A stretch of 64,000 nt of DNA from Solirubrobacteraceae bacterium. GTDB taxonomy: Bacteria > Actinomycetota > Thermoleophilia > Solirubrobacterales > Solirubrobacteraceae. Positions 26,683 to 34,696 of the stretch are shown here, one piece after another (position 1 is the stretch's first letter; the number at the start of each line of letters is the position of its first letter). The stretch covers positions 33,642-97,641 of the forward strand of contig JBJMKX010000074.1 in the NCBI GenBank assembly GCA_045805605.1. The letters run 5' to 3'. The notes beneath the pieces are model-generated. The model had not been told where the DNA came from, did not search any database, and was given only the letters and a program-made list of their open reading frames with translations. Position numbers and translations under genes: made by a program.

Positions 26683-27969
26683 GTGCGCGCGCTCGTCGTC
26701 TCGGACACCCACTTCGGCGCCTGGACGGGCGATGACCTGCTCCGCCACGACTGGGCGCTTGCGCGGCTCGGGCCCCTCCTGGAGGACATCGACGAGCTCG
26801 TCCTGCTCGGCGACCTGTTCGACTTCCTCTTCGCCAGCGTGCCCGACGCATTCGCGGCCGCCGACCCGTTGTTCGGCCTCCTCGCCGACCGGCTCGGGGG
26901 CAGACGGGTGGTGTGGCTGGCCGGTAACCACGACCGGCACATCATGGCCCGCGAGCTCGAGACGCTGACCGAGGAGATGCTCGCCACCGGCCAGGACGCG
27001 GCCGCCGTCGGTCCCAGCCTGCGGTCGCGCAACTTCTTCCAGCGCTTCCTCGAGCGCCGGCTGCCCGCATGCGAGGTGCGGATCGAGTATCCGGCCCACC
27101 GTGTGGGCGACGTGATCTGCTGCCACGGTCACTACCTCGACGCCCACGTCCAGGGGTCGGTCGCCAACCGCATGTTCACGCGCGGAATGCGCCGCGTCGG
27201 CGGGGTCACGACGCACGGGCGCACGCTGCGCATCGAGGACTACGAGGCTGCGACCGGGCCGCTCACCGAGCTCCTCTACACGGTCGCCCAACTGCCGAGC
27301 GGTACCGCCGCCCAGAGGGACCTGCTCGACGAAGTGAGGCGCATCGGGCGCATCGTGCGCGCGGTGGCAAGCCCGGGCCGCGAGGCCGAGCGGCTGGCCC
27401 GCGAGCTCCTGGACCGAGCCCGCTCGCTCGTGCGCCCGGGCGGCGGACTGGAGGGGGCCACGAGCGTGCCGGTCCAGACCGCCGGCGACGCCAGCGCCAA
27501 CCTCGCCCGCGTGCTCTCGCCCGACACGCCGGTCGAGCGCTCGCTGCGCGCCTACGCCCAGGTGGCCAAGAACCTGGGCTGGGACCGCAAGGCCGGCAAG
27601 CTGGTCTTCGCCCACACCCATCAGCCGCTGTCGGCGGTCAGCGCGCTCCCGCTCGAGGGCGCGCCCGGCGGACACGTGCGCTTCTGGAATACGGGCAGCT
27701 GGATCTACGAGCCGACGCTGGGCTCGCTCGACAGCTACGAGCGCTACCTGCGCATCGCCTGGCCCGGGACCGCGGTGCTGATCGACACCGAGCGTCCCGA
27801 GCCCGAGCTCATCTCCTGCCTGGCCGACCTCAACCCTCTGCCACCGGCGACCGAGAAGCTCGCGCCCGATGCCGCCCGGGCGGCCTACCGGCGGGCCCGC
27901 GAGGCGGAAACGCTCTACGCGGCGTCGGAGCGGTTTTCCGGCGCGTCGGCCACGAAACGCGGCTCGTAG
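26683..27969 (+). CDS. metallophosphoesterase (calcineurin-like) with long C-terminal extension
   Basis: VVSDTHFG, LLGDLFDF, LAGNHDRH, CCHGHYLD, FAHTHQP. Confidence 0.85.
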   Translation: MRALVVSDTHFGAWTGDDLLRHDWALARLGPLLEDIDELVLLGDLFDFLFASVPDAFAAADPLFGLLADRLGGRRVVWLAGNHDRHIMARELETLTEEMLATGQDAAAVGPSLRSRNFFQRFLERRLPACEVRIEYPAHRVGDVICCHGHYLDAHVQGSVANRMFTRGMRRVGGVTTHGRTLRIEDYEAATGPLTELLYTVAQLPSGTAAQRDLLDEVRRIGRIVRAVASPGREAERLARELLDRARSLVRPGGGLEGATSVPVQTAGDASANLARVLSPDTPVERSLRAYAQVAKNLGWDRKAGKLVFAHTHQPLSAVSALPLEGAPGGHVRFWNTGSWIYEPTLGSLDSYERYLRIAWPGTAVLIDTERPEPELISCLADLNPLPPATEKLAPDAARAAYRRAREAETLYAASERFSGASATKRGS

Positions 27970-28097
27970 GTATCGACCTTGATCTCGCGGCACTCTTCGC
28001 CGCACGTGTCGCAGACCACGACGAAGCGAATCGCGTTGAACTCCCGCGAGTAGCGGCCGATGGCGCTGTGGAGTCCGGAGTGGTCGCACCTGGTCAT
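27915..28097 (-). CDS. small Cys/His-rich protein (zinc-ribbon-like)
   Basis: ORF 27915..28139 trimmed to ATG 28097 (codon 15), which follows AAAGGACGG by 6 nt. MTRCDHSGLHS...VVCDTCGEEC gives a C-x-H ... C-x2-C arrangement. GC-rich position 3. The 3-prime 55 nt overlap the convergent phosphoesterase gene. Confidence 0.55.
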   Translation of the reverse strand: MTRCDHSGLHSAIGRYSREFNAIRFVVVCDTCGEECREIKVDTYEPRFVADAPENRSDAA

Positions 28098-28209
28098 GGA
28101 TCCGTCCTTTCGCCAGTGTGTTTGACCGCGCAAGCACAAGCTCGGCGCGTGTCAAGACCCTTGATGGACTCATATACAACGGAGCGGACGCCAGCGAATT
28201 GCGTTCTTA

Positions 28210-28710
28210 CTAGCCCAAGCCCGCGTCGATCTGCCGCGCCGCGCGGACGATCGGGCGCGAGAACTCGCCTGACCGCAGCCGCCGGCCCACCCGCCGCAGC
28301 TGCATGAAGTCGCCGCTATCGCGTGCCCTGATTGCCGTGGCGAGAATGGCCGCTAGCGCGCGGAACGCCGCCACGAGCCGCCGGTTCGGCGCGGCGGCCG
28401 CCGGCGGCGGGCGGGCTCCATCCAGCCGGTCGGCGGCCCGCAGCGTGGCCCGGCGCAGCCGGCCCAGCGCGGCGGTCAAGGCCGGCGCATCCACCGCACG
28501 GAGCGACCGAAACGCGCGCCGCTGGGCCGCGGCGTACGACATCAGCACGCCCTCGACCGCCGTCCGGTAAGCCGCCACCTGCTGCGCCTGCCGGTGCCGA
28601 TGGACCGGCGCGGCCTCGGACGGTCCGCCCCGCGTGGTCCCGCCGTCCCCGCCGCCGCATCCCGCGACGAGCACGGCACAAAGCGCGAGCGCGGAAACGA
28701 GGCGCGGCAC
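28210..28710 (-). CDS. hypothetical lipoprotein
   Basis: MPRLVSALALCAVLVAGCGG is a signal peptide plus lipobox. The rest is helical and Ala/Arg-rich. No family recognised. Confidence 0.6.
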   Translation of the reverse strand: MPRLVSALALCAVLVAGCGGGDGGTTRGGPSEAAPVHRHRQAQQVAAYRTAVEGVLMSYAAAQRRAFRSLRAVDAPALTAALGRLRRATLRAADRLDGARPPPAAAAPNRRLVAAFRALAAILATAIRARDSGDFMQLRRVGRRLRSGEFSRPIVRAARQIDAGLG

Positions 28711-28766
28711 GGTGGGCGGACCTTATTCTCGCCCCGCTCGGGCACCGGCTCTCCCCCACGCCGCGC

Positions 28767-29465
28767 TCAGTCGTGCCGTGAATAGGTGAGCCGCGCGTCG
28801 TCCCCCTCCAGGATCACCGGGTCGCCGCACATCTGCAGCAGGCGCGAGTACGTGCGGGCGCCGATGTGGTCGGCGAGATCGGAGACGTCGGAGGTGAAGA
28901 CGATCGAGCGCTGATCCTCGTAGCGGCGGTTGATGACGGTGTAGAGCTGCTCGAGCACCCACTCGTTCTGTCGCGCCACCGCGAGGTCGTCGACGTGGAG
29001 GAGGTCGACGCCGGCGAGCCGGTCGAGCAGGCCGAGGTAGGACTGCTGAGAGCCCTCGTCGTAGGTGTCGGAGATCGCGGCGAGCAGCAGCGGCGCGGTG
29101 TAGATCGCCACCGAGCGCCTCACGCGAAGGGCGTGCTGCGAGACGATCATCGCCAGCGTCGTCTTGCCCGTCCCCTTCGGCCCCGCGAACCACAGCCCTT
29201 CGCCCTCGTCCAGCCGCCGTTCGATGTTCGCGCAGAACTGCCGCACCTCGGCGACGATTCCCGGGTCGATCCGGGTCACCGGGAAGCGATCGAAGCCGAC
29301 GTCGCGGTAGCGCCGCGGGATGGCGTGCGAGAGCCGCCGCGAGCGCCGGACCGCGACCCGCTGCGGCATGCACCGGCACCGCCGCGCGCCGCCATCGCCG
29401 ACGACCCATCCGGACCCGTCGCACTCGCCGTAGGGACAGTCGAAGTCGGCCACGGCGCCAGTCAA
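28767..29465 (-). CDS. DnaC/DnaI/IstB-like AAA+ ATPase with N-terminal Cys-rich (zinc-ribbon-like) segment
   Basis: CPYGECDGSGW...RRCRC, Walker A GPKGTGKTTLA, Walker B LLHVDDL, sensor region IVFTSD. The start is TTG 29465 or GTG 29453. Confidence 0.8.
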   Translation of the reverse strand: MTGAVADFDCPYGECDGSGWVVGDGGARRCRCMPQRVAVRRSRRLSHAIPRRYRDVGFDRFPVTRIDPGIVAEVRQFCANIERRLDEGEGLWFAGPKGTGKTTLAMIVSQHALRVRRSVAIYTAPLLLAAISDTYDEGSQQSYLGLLDRLAGVDLLHVDDLAVARQNEWVLEQLYTVINRRYEDQRSIVFTSDVSDLADHIGARTYSRLLQMCGDPVILEGDDARLTYSRHD

Positions 29466-29511
29466 CCACCCCGAGCGGACCGCAGCGAAAGGAGACGCCG
29501 CAAGTTGCGGA

Positions 29512-29534
29512 CCTGACGCCCGATGCCTGACGCC
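29512..29534. repeat. direct repeat CCTGACGCC-N5-CCTGACGCC upstream of the DnaC-like gene
   Basis: Read directly. The palindrome CCGCAA-G-TTGCGG (29498..29510) abuts it. The repeat lies in the 80-nt gap between the 29546 stop and the 29465 start. Confidence 0.45.
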
Positions 29535-29545
29535 TGGTCCCTCTG

Positions 29546-29833
29546 CTATGGCACCCGCCGCGAGAGCCGCGCCAGCTCTTCATGGCACTCAACGACCCGC
29601 TTCTTGACGACATCCTCGTCGGGACGATCGTGAACGAGGTCCCACGTCCGGTCGGCGACCTCGCCGGCCGTGTCCGGCGTCGCCCCCTGGCACAGGCGCT
29701 CGACGAGCTGCAGCTCGAAGGTCTCGATCTGCTTGAGCGGCTCGCCCGGCGGCATCTTTGGCAGCGGCTCGCGCACGGCCTCCTTCCAGAGAGTCGTCGC
29801 GATCAGCAGGCGGTTGCGCAGCGACGCTGCCAT
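29546..29833 (-). CDS. hypothetical protein
   Basis: ORF 29546..29902 trimmed to ATG 29833 (codon 24), which avoids overlap with the response-regulator 3-prime end. Good position-3 GC bias. No motif recognised. Confidence 0.5.
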   Translation of the reverse strand: MAASLRNRLLIATTLWKEAVREPLPKMPPGEPLKQIETFELQLVERLCQGATPDTAGEVADRTWDLVHDRPDEDVVKKRVVECHEELARLSRRVP

Positions 29834-29867
29834 CGGCTCGATCGGGCGGACCCTACCGCGACGGCGC

Positions 29868-30554
29868 TCAGCGTTCCGGGCGGTAGCGGTAGCCGAATCC
29901 ACGAACGGTGTCGATCGGCTCGCTGTCGGTCGCCTCGGCCAGCTTGCGCCGCAGGTAGCCGACGTAGACCTTGACCTGGTCGGTCGGCCCGCCGAGCGCC
30001 TGCTCCCAGACCAGCTCGAGGAGCTGGTCGCGGCTGAGCACCTGATTTGGGTGGCGCACGAACGTGGCCAGGAGCTTGAACTCGAGGGGGGTCAGGGCGA
30101 CGTGGCGGCCGTTGACGGTCACGCGCGCGTCGGCGAAGTCGATGTGGACGAGCCCGTCGTCGTAGACCACCATCTCGCTCTCGCGGTCGCCGGCCCGGCG
30201 CAGCAGGGCCTCGACGCGCGCGACGAGCTCCTGCCGGCCAAACGGCTTGGTCACGTAGTCGTCGGCCCCGGCCTTGAGCCCGCGAACCTTCTCGAGCTCG
30301 CCGTCGCGGGCGGTGAGCATCATCACCGGCACGTCGGAGAGGTGGCGGATCCGCTCGAGCGTCTGCCAGCCGTCGAGGACGGGCATGGCGGCGTCGAGCA
30401 CGACGAGGTCGGGCCGCTCGTCGTAGAGCACCCTCAGCGCCTGCTGTCCGTCGCATGCGGCGGTCGTTCGAAGCCCGGCGCGCTGGAGGAGGGTGCAGAC
30501 GACGTCGCGCAGATCGTCCTCGTCGTCGACCACGAGGACGTGCGAGCCAGCCAT
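29868..30554 (-). CDS. response regulator, OmpR/PhoB family
   Basis: VLVVDDEDDLRDV, DLVVLDAAMPVLDG (receiver Asp), GADDYVTKPF, C-terminal winged helix TVRGFGYRY. Confidence 0.93.
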   Translation of the reverse strand: MAGSHVLVVDDEDDLRDVVCTLLQRAGLRTTAACDGQQALRVLYDERPDLVVLDAAMPVLDGWQTLERIRHLSDVPVMMLTARDGELEKVRGLKAGADDYVTKPFGRQELVARVEALLRRAGDRESEMVVYDDGLVHIDFADARVTVNGRHVALTPLEFKLLATFVRHPNQVLSRDQLLELVWEQALGGPTDQVKVYVGYLRRKLAEATDSEPIDTVRGFGYRYRPER

Positions 30555-30560
30555 CCGCCG

Positions 30561-30589
30561 ACTCTAACGCCTCTTCCCAACCTCTTCCC
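30561..30589 (-). promoter_or_regulatory. candidate leaderless promoter (-10 TAGAGT) with tandem 9-mer GGGAAGAGG-TT-GGGAAGAGG at the -35 position of the response-regulator gene
   Basis: Minus strand reads GGGAAGAGGTTGGGAAGAGGCGTTAGAGTCGGCGG-ATG. The repeat period is 11 nt. TAGAGT ends 6 nt before the ATG at 30554. Confidence 0.45.
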
Positions 30590-30692
30590 CCATGTTTCCG
30601 GACTCACGCCCAAGGCGCTGCAGGGTTTTGGCCCACGTGCTCCGATCGTCCTCCTCCCGGTAGGCACGCGACGATAGGGTGGCTCCCAGAGC

Positions 30693-31928
30693 ATGGACGC
30701 CGACACCAGCCCCCGCCGCGCGCGCGAGCTGAAGGGCTTGGCCCAGCTGGCGCTGGACGATCCCACCGAGACCATCGAGAGCGCGCTCCAAGCCGCTCGC
30801 GAGGGTCTCGAGATGGAGATCGCCTACCTCGCCGAGTTCACCGACGACGAGCAGATCTTCCACACGTTCGCCGGCGACCTCGACACCCTCGACATCGGGG
30901 AGGGCTCCGCGATCCCGCTCGCGGACAGCTACTGCCAGCGGATGTGCGACGGACGCATCGGCAACGTGGTCGGAGACGTTCAGGAGGAACCGCAGCTGGC
31001 CTCGCTCGCGCTCACCGAGCGGGCGAGCATCCGCGCCTACGTCGGCGTTCCGCTGCGCTTCTCCGACGGCCGCCTGTACGGGACCTTCTGCTGCCTCTCG
31101 CACGCGCCGGATCCCGACATCGGCGACCGCGAGGTGCGCTTCATGCGGGTGCTGGCCAGGCTCGTGGCCGGCGAGCTCGAGCGCCAGGAGCTGCACCGGG
31201 AGGCCGACCGGCTCAAGGATGACTTCGTCGCGCTCGTCTCGCACGAGCTGCGCACGCCTCTCGCGTCGATCATCGCCAACCTCGAGGTGCTCGAGGACGA
31301 GACGCGCGAGGTCTCCGCCGACGGCCAGCGGTTCCTCGGCGTAATCGACCGCAACGCGCGCCGCCTGCTCCGCCTGGTCGGCCAGCTCCTGTTCGTCGCC
31401 CAGCTTCAGGCCGGGCGCCTGCCGGCGGCGCGGGCGTGGGTCGACTTCGATGCCGTCGTCGCCGACGCCGTCGAGTTCGCCCGGGCCGGCGCCGAGGCCA
31501 AGCGGATCGATCTTGCGCTCGAGGCCCCCCGGCCCGTCGGCGAGCTGTGGGCCGACGGCGACCGCGTGGCCCAGCTGTGCGACAACCTGATCTCCAACGC
31601 GGTGAAGTTCACGCCCGAGGGCGGCCGCGTGCAGGTGCGCGTCGGCCGGGACGACGGCAACGTGCGGCTCGAGGTCCAGGACTCCGGTATCGGCATCCCG
31701 CTGCGCGAGCAGCCGCGCCTGTTCGAGCGGTTCTACCGCGCTTCGGCGGCGGCCGAGCGCCAGGTGACCGGCGCCGGCCTCGGGCTCTGGATCGCCGAGG
31801 CGATCGCCCGCATGCACGCCGGCACCATCGACGTGGCGTCCGAGGTCGGCGTCGGGACGACGTTCACCGTCGTCATGCCGGAGGCCACCCCTCAGGCAGG
31901 GCAAACGGCTGCGCCCCGAGCGCGATGA
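30693..31928 (+). CDS. cytoplasmic GAF-domain sensor histidine kinase
   Basis: No TM segments. GAF-like N-half (YVGVPLRFSDGRLYGTFCCL). H-box FVALVSHELRTPL, N-box LISNAVKFTPEGG, G-boxes QDSGIGIP and GAGLGLWI. Confidence 0.9.
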   Translation: MDADTSPRRARELKGLAQLALDDPTETIESALQAAREGLEMEIAYLAEFTDDEQIFHTFAGDLDTLDIGEGSAIPLADSYCQRMCDGRIGNVVGDVQEEPQLASLALTERASIRAYVGVPLRFSDGRLYGTFCCLSHAPDPDIGDREVRFMRVLARLVAGELERQELHREADRLKDDFVALVSHELRTPLASIIANLEVLEDETREVSADGQRFLGVIDRNARRLLRLVGQLLFVAQLQAGRLPAARAWVDFDAVVADAVEFARAGAEAKRIDLALEAPRPVGELWADGDRVAQLCDNLISNAVKFTPEGGRVQVRVGRDDGNVRLEVQDSGIGIPLREQPRLFERFYRASAAAERQVTGAGLGLWIAEAIARMHAGTIDVASEVGVGTTFTVVMPEATPQAGQTAAPRAR

Positions 31929-32301
31929 CGAGCGCCTCGCCGCGGCGTGCCGCGATGGTCAGCGGCACGTCGGCGTCGGTCGTCGCCCACTGCACGGTCA
32001 GGACACTGCGGCCGGGGTAGCCACCGGCCAGCTCGCGCACCGCGCGGGCCGCCATGGCGATGGCGCCCATCGGCGCGGTCAGCTCGGCGCGCTCGGCGTC
32101 GACGTCGGGCGGCGCCAGCGGATGGACGTGCGGGATCGGCCCGGGGGCCGGTTCGCCGGACGCCGCCTCACCGGCGGCGACGTCGACCAGCAGCGGCGGC
32201 GCGTCCGGGCCGAGGTCGAGCACGAGCATGGCGCCCGCCGCCCCGGCGGCGGCCACGAAGGCGCGCAGGGTGGCGGCGTGCTGTTCCGGGCCCTCGCTCA
32301 A
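31873..32301 (-). CDS. hypothetical protein
   Basis: Frame of ORF 31873..32751, starting at TTG 32301 (TTGA overlap with the TetR stop); ATG 32229 is the alternative. Strong position-3 GC bias. No family recognised. The 3-prime 56 nt overlap the convergent kinase gene. Confidence 0.5.
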   Translation of the reverse strand: MSEGPEQHAATLRAFVAAAGAAGAMLVLDLGPDAPPLLVDVAAGEAASGEPAPGPIPHVHPLAPPDVDAERAELTAPMGAIAMAARAVRELAGGYPGRSVLTVQWATTDADVPLTIAARRGEALVIALGAQPFALPEGWPPA

Positions 32302-32936
32302 ATGCCGCTCGGCAGCCACAGGTGGCCGTCGAGCATGCGCTCGAACCCCACCCAGCAGAAGTTCATGAGCCGCAGCGCCTGCAGGTCGGGCGGCTCGTCG
32401 GGATGGTCCAGCCAGTAGTCGGCCGCCGCCATCGTCGCCCACGTGAGCATGTGCGCCAGCGACTCGATGTGCGTGCGCATGTCCCGGCTGATGCCGTCCG
32501 CGACCGCGTTCTCGGCAAGCAGGCCCCCGAGAATCTCGGCCATTCGCGCGCGCGCCCACGAGCCGCCGGCTTCCACGGCCGCCGAGCGGGTGGCCTCGAG
32601 GTAGACCACGCGCCAGCCGTCGCGGTTGTCGTCGATCCACGCAAAGAAGGCGTGGAACCCGCGCCACAGCCGCTCGTTGGGCGGCAGGTCGGGCGCCGCG
32701 GCGGCGCTGCGGACGGCGTCGAAGAGCTTGCCGGCCTCCTCGCGCACGCACGCGTAGAAGAGCCCGCCCTTGGACTCGAAGTAGTTGTAGAGCATGGGCT
32801 TCGAGACCCCGGCGGCCTCGGCGATGTCGTCCATCGAGGCCTCATCGAACCCGTGCCGGGCAAACGCCCGCCGGGCGACCGCCAGCATCTCCCGCTCGCG
32901 GACCTGCCGCGGCACCTTCCCCTTCGGGACCGGCAT
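32298..32936 (-). CDS. TetR/AcrR family transcriptional regulator
   Basis: REREMLAVARRAFARHGFDEASMDDIAEAAGVSKPMLYNYFESKGGLF is a canonical TetR HTH. Confidence 0.92.
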   Translation of the reverse strand: MPVPKGKVPRQVREREMLAVARRAFARHGFDEASMDDIAEAAGVSKPMLYNYFESKGGLFYACVREEAGKLFDAVRSAAAAPDLPPNERLWRGFHAFFAWIDDNRDGWRVVYLEATRSAAVEAGGSWARARMAEILGGLLAENAVADGISRDMRTHIESLAHMLTWATMAAADYWLDHPDEPPDLQALRLMNFCWVGFERMLDGHLWLPSGI

Positions 32937-32972
32937 TCGGACAGCTTGCCACCTCGCCGGATACCGGGGTGG

Positions 32973-33059
32973 TCAGGACGCGGACCGCGGCTGGACGAGA
33001 CCGCACTCGTAGGCGAGCACCACCGCCTGGACGCGGTCGCGGAGGCCCAGCATGGCACC
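32973..33059 (-). pseudogene. relic of a LuxR/NarL-type HTH C-terminus
   Basis: The minus strand ends with ...GAMLGLRDRVQAVVLAYECGLVQPRSAS-stop. This matches the last helix and tail of LuxR-family DNA-binding domains (KLGV.dR.QAV..A...GLV). Nothing LuxR-like is readable upstream in any frame. Confidence 0.35.
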
Positions 33060-33130
33060 GCCGGGGTCGGCTACCAGGGCCTGATCGCCGCGGTCACGCT
33101 GATCCTGCTGGTGCTGACCGTCTCGCGGCT

Positions 33131-34687
33131 CTACGTGAGCGCGCGCTCGCCCCAACCGGTCATGAGCGCCACCGCTTCGGGGTCGCCCTCGACGCTGACC
33201 GGCGCGTCGATTGGCTCGCCCGAGAGCCAACGGTAGAACGCCATCGTCGTGGCGGCGACGCTGGCGTCGGGCGCGAGCTCGGGCTCGCCCGGCTCGACGC
33301 TCAGCCCACCCGCCGCCGCGGCGACGGTGAACCTGGCGCCGACGGGACCGGCGAGCGAGACCGTCACCGCGATCCGGTGCTCGCCGACCCAGGCGCCGTC
33401 GACGCGGCGCGCGAGCGCGCGGGCCAGCAGGAGCGGGTCCAGCCACGCGCCGGCGCGCGCGAGATCGGCGGGACCGCGCGTCGCCCGGCCGAGCGCGGCC
33501 AGGTGGCGCCGGGCCCGCCGGTAGGAGCCGTCGACTGCGACCCGGCCCTGGAGGCGAGCGCGCGTGGCGCGCGAGCCGTTCAGGAGATCGGCGAGGGCGG
33601 CCGGGTCGGCCCGCACGCGCAACGGGGGCGTGGCGTCCTCCGATCCCGCCGCCCAAGTTCCGTGGCCTTCCACCTCGAGCTCGAAGCGCAGCGGCCTGCG
33701 GGCGAGCCACGGGGAGACCTGGAGGAGCGTCGCGGCCGTGCGGCCCACCACCTCTGGTTCGTCGACGGCGAGCGCGCGCAGCACCGAGGGCAGCCAGGCG
33801 CGCGGCGGCCAGGGCTTGGCCTCTCCCCCCAGGGCGGCGGCGAGCCGGGCGCGCCCGCCGGGAGTGAGTGCCGCCGGGGCGCTGGGCGCGTTGGGCGTTG
33901 GGCGTTGGGCGTTGGGCGTCGGCGGCGTTGGGGTTTCCGGCGGAGGTGGCGCAGCGTCGGGCGTCGGCGGCGTTTCGTGCGGGGGTGGCGCAGTGGTGGG
34001 CGGGCGCGGCGCGGCCGTTGGCCGGCCTCGTAGCTCGTCGACCGCCTCGCGCAGCCGCCGGGCCTCCTCGGCGGCCGCCTGGGCGTCGGCCTCGAGCCGG
34101 TGCAGGCGCTCGGAGAAGGCCTCGGCTGCCGCCTCGATGGCGGCGACGCGGCCCTCGGCGGCCTCGGTGCGCAGGTCGCGCTCGTCGGCGGACGCGAGCA
34201 GCTCGGCCTGCTCGGCCCGAACCGTCGCCAGCGTGGCGGTGATCTCATCGATGCGGTCCGACGCGCGGAGCTCGTCGATGGCCGCGTTGGCGTCGTCGAT
34301 CGCGGCGGCACGCTGGGCGAGCTCGGCGGTCATCCGCCCGATGTCGCGGTCCACCGTCTCGCGCCATGCCTCGATCGGCCCCAGCGCCTCGGCGACCCGG
34401 TGCAGCTCGGCGCCAAGGCGTTCGCGCTCGGCTGCCTCGCCGGCCACCGCCTGAGCGGCGTCGGCGACGACGCGGTCCAGCCGCTGGTTGAGGCCGCCGA
34501 CATCGCGCGCGACGCGCTTACGCGCGGCATCGAACTCCGCCCGCAGCCGCTCGACGTCGGCGCGGAGCGCGTGCTCGGCCTGCGTGCGCGCCTCGCGCCC
34601 CGCCTCGAGTCGCTTCTCGGCCGCGGCGATCCGGCGCTCGGCGTCCTCGATCTCCTCGGCGATGCTCGGCCGCTCCGACGTGGACAC
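33131..34687 (-). CDS. coiled-coil protein with Pro-rich linker and two SCP2 (sterol-carrier-like) domains
   Basis: 518 aa. The N-terminal ~230 aa are heptad-like E/R/A-rich, followed by the linker TAAPRPPTTAPPPHETPPTPDAAPPPPETPTPPTPNAQRPTPNAP. Two SCP2-like units follow (RFELEVEGHGTWA...LRVRADPAALADLLNG...GRVAVDG and FTVAAAAGGLSVEPG...ATTMAFYRWLSG...VSVEGDPEAV). Confidence 0.7.
   Translation of the reverse strand: MSTSERPSIAEEIEDAERRIAAAEKRLEAGREARTQAEHALRADVERLRAEFDAARKRVARDVGGLNQRLDRVVADAAQAVAGEAAERERLGAELHRVAEALGPIEAWRETVDRDIGRMTAELAQRAAAIDDANAAIDELRASDRIDEITATLATVRAEQAELLASADERDLRTEAAEGRVAAIEAAAEAFSERLHRLEADAQAAAEEARRLREAVDELRGRPTAAPRPPTTAPPPHETPPTPDAAPPPPETPTPPTPNAQRPTPNAPSAPAALTPGGRARLAAALGGEAKPWPPRAWLPSVLRALAVDEPEVVGRTAATLLQVSPWLARRPLRFELEVEGHGTWAAGSEDATPPLRVRADPAALADLLNGSRATRARLQGRVAVDGSYRRARRHLAALGRATRGPADLARAGAWLDPLLLARALARRVDGAWVGEHRIAVTVSLAGPVGARFTVAAAAGGLSVEPGEPELAPDASVAATTMAFYRWLSGEPIDAPVSVEGDPEAVALMTGWGERALT
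33891..33918. repeat. heptanucleotide tandem repeat (TTGGGCG)x4 inside the Pro-rich linker coding region
   Basis: Read directly. There are four perfect 7-nt units with degenerate copies on both sides. A larger imperfect ~38-nt duplication follows (33919..33995). Confidence 0.85.
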
Positions 34688-34696
34688 GCGGCGATG

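Noticed and set aside
28121-28157. Inverted repeat TTGACCGCGC...GCGCGTGTCAA after the lipoprotein gene as an intrinsic terminator
   Set aside because: The arms are imperfect (1-nt bulge), there is no U-tract, and the element overlaps a possible TTGACA box for the small Cys-protein gene. The evidence is too ambiguous for a feature call.
28767-29465. IstB-like ATPase as evidence of an IS21 element
   Set aside because: No IstA transposase, no terminal inverted repeats and no target duplication are visible, so I did not call it a mobile element.
33841-34000. Repetitive DNA considered as a possible CRISPR or minisatellite locus
   Set aside because: The repeats are 7 nt and about 38 nt long, contiguous with no spacers, and lie inside a Pro-rich coding linker. 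This is not CRISPR-like.
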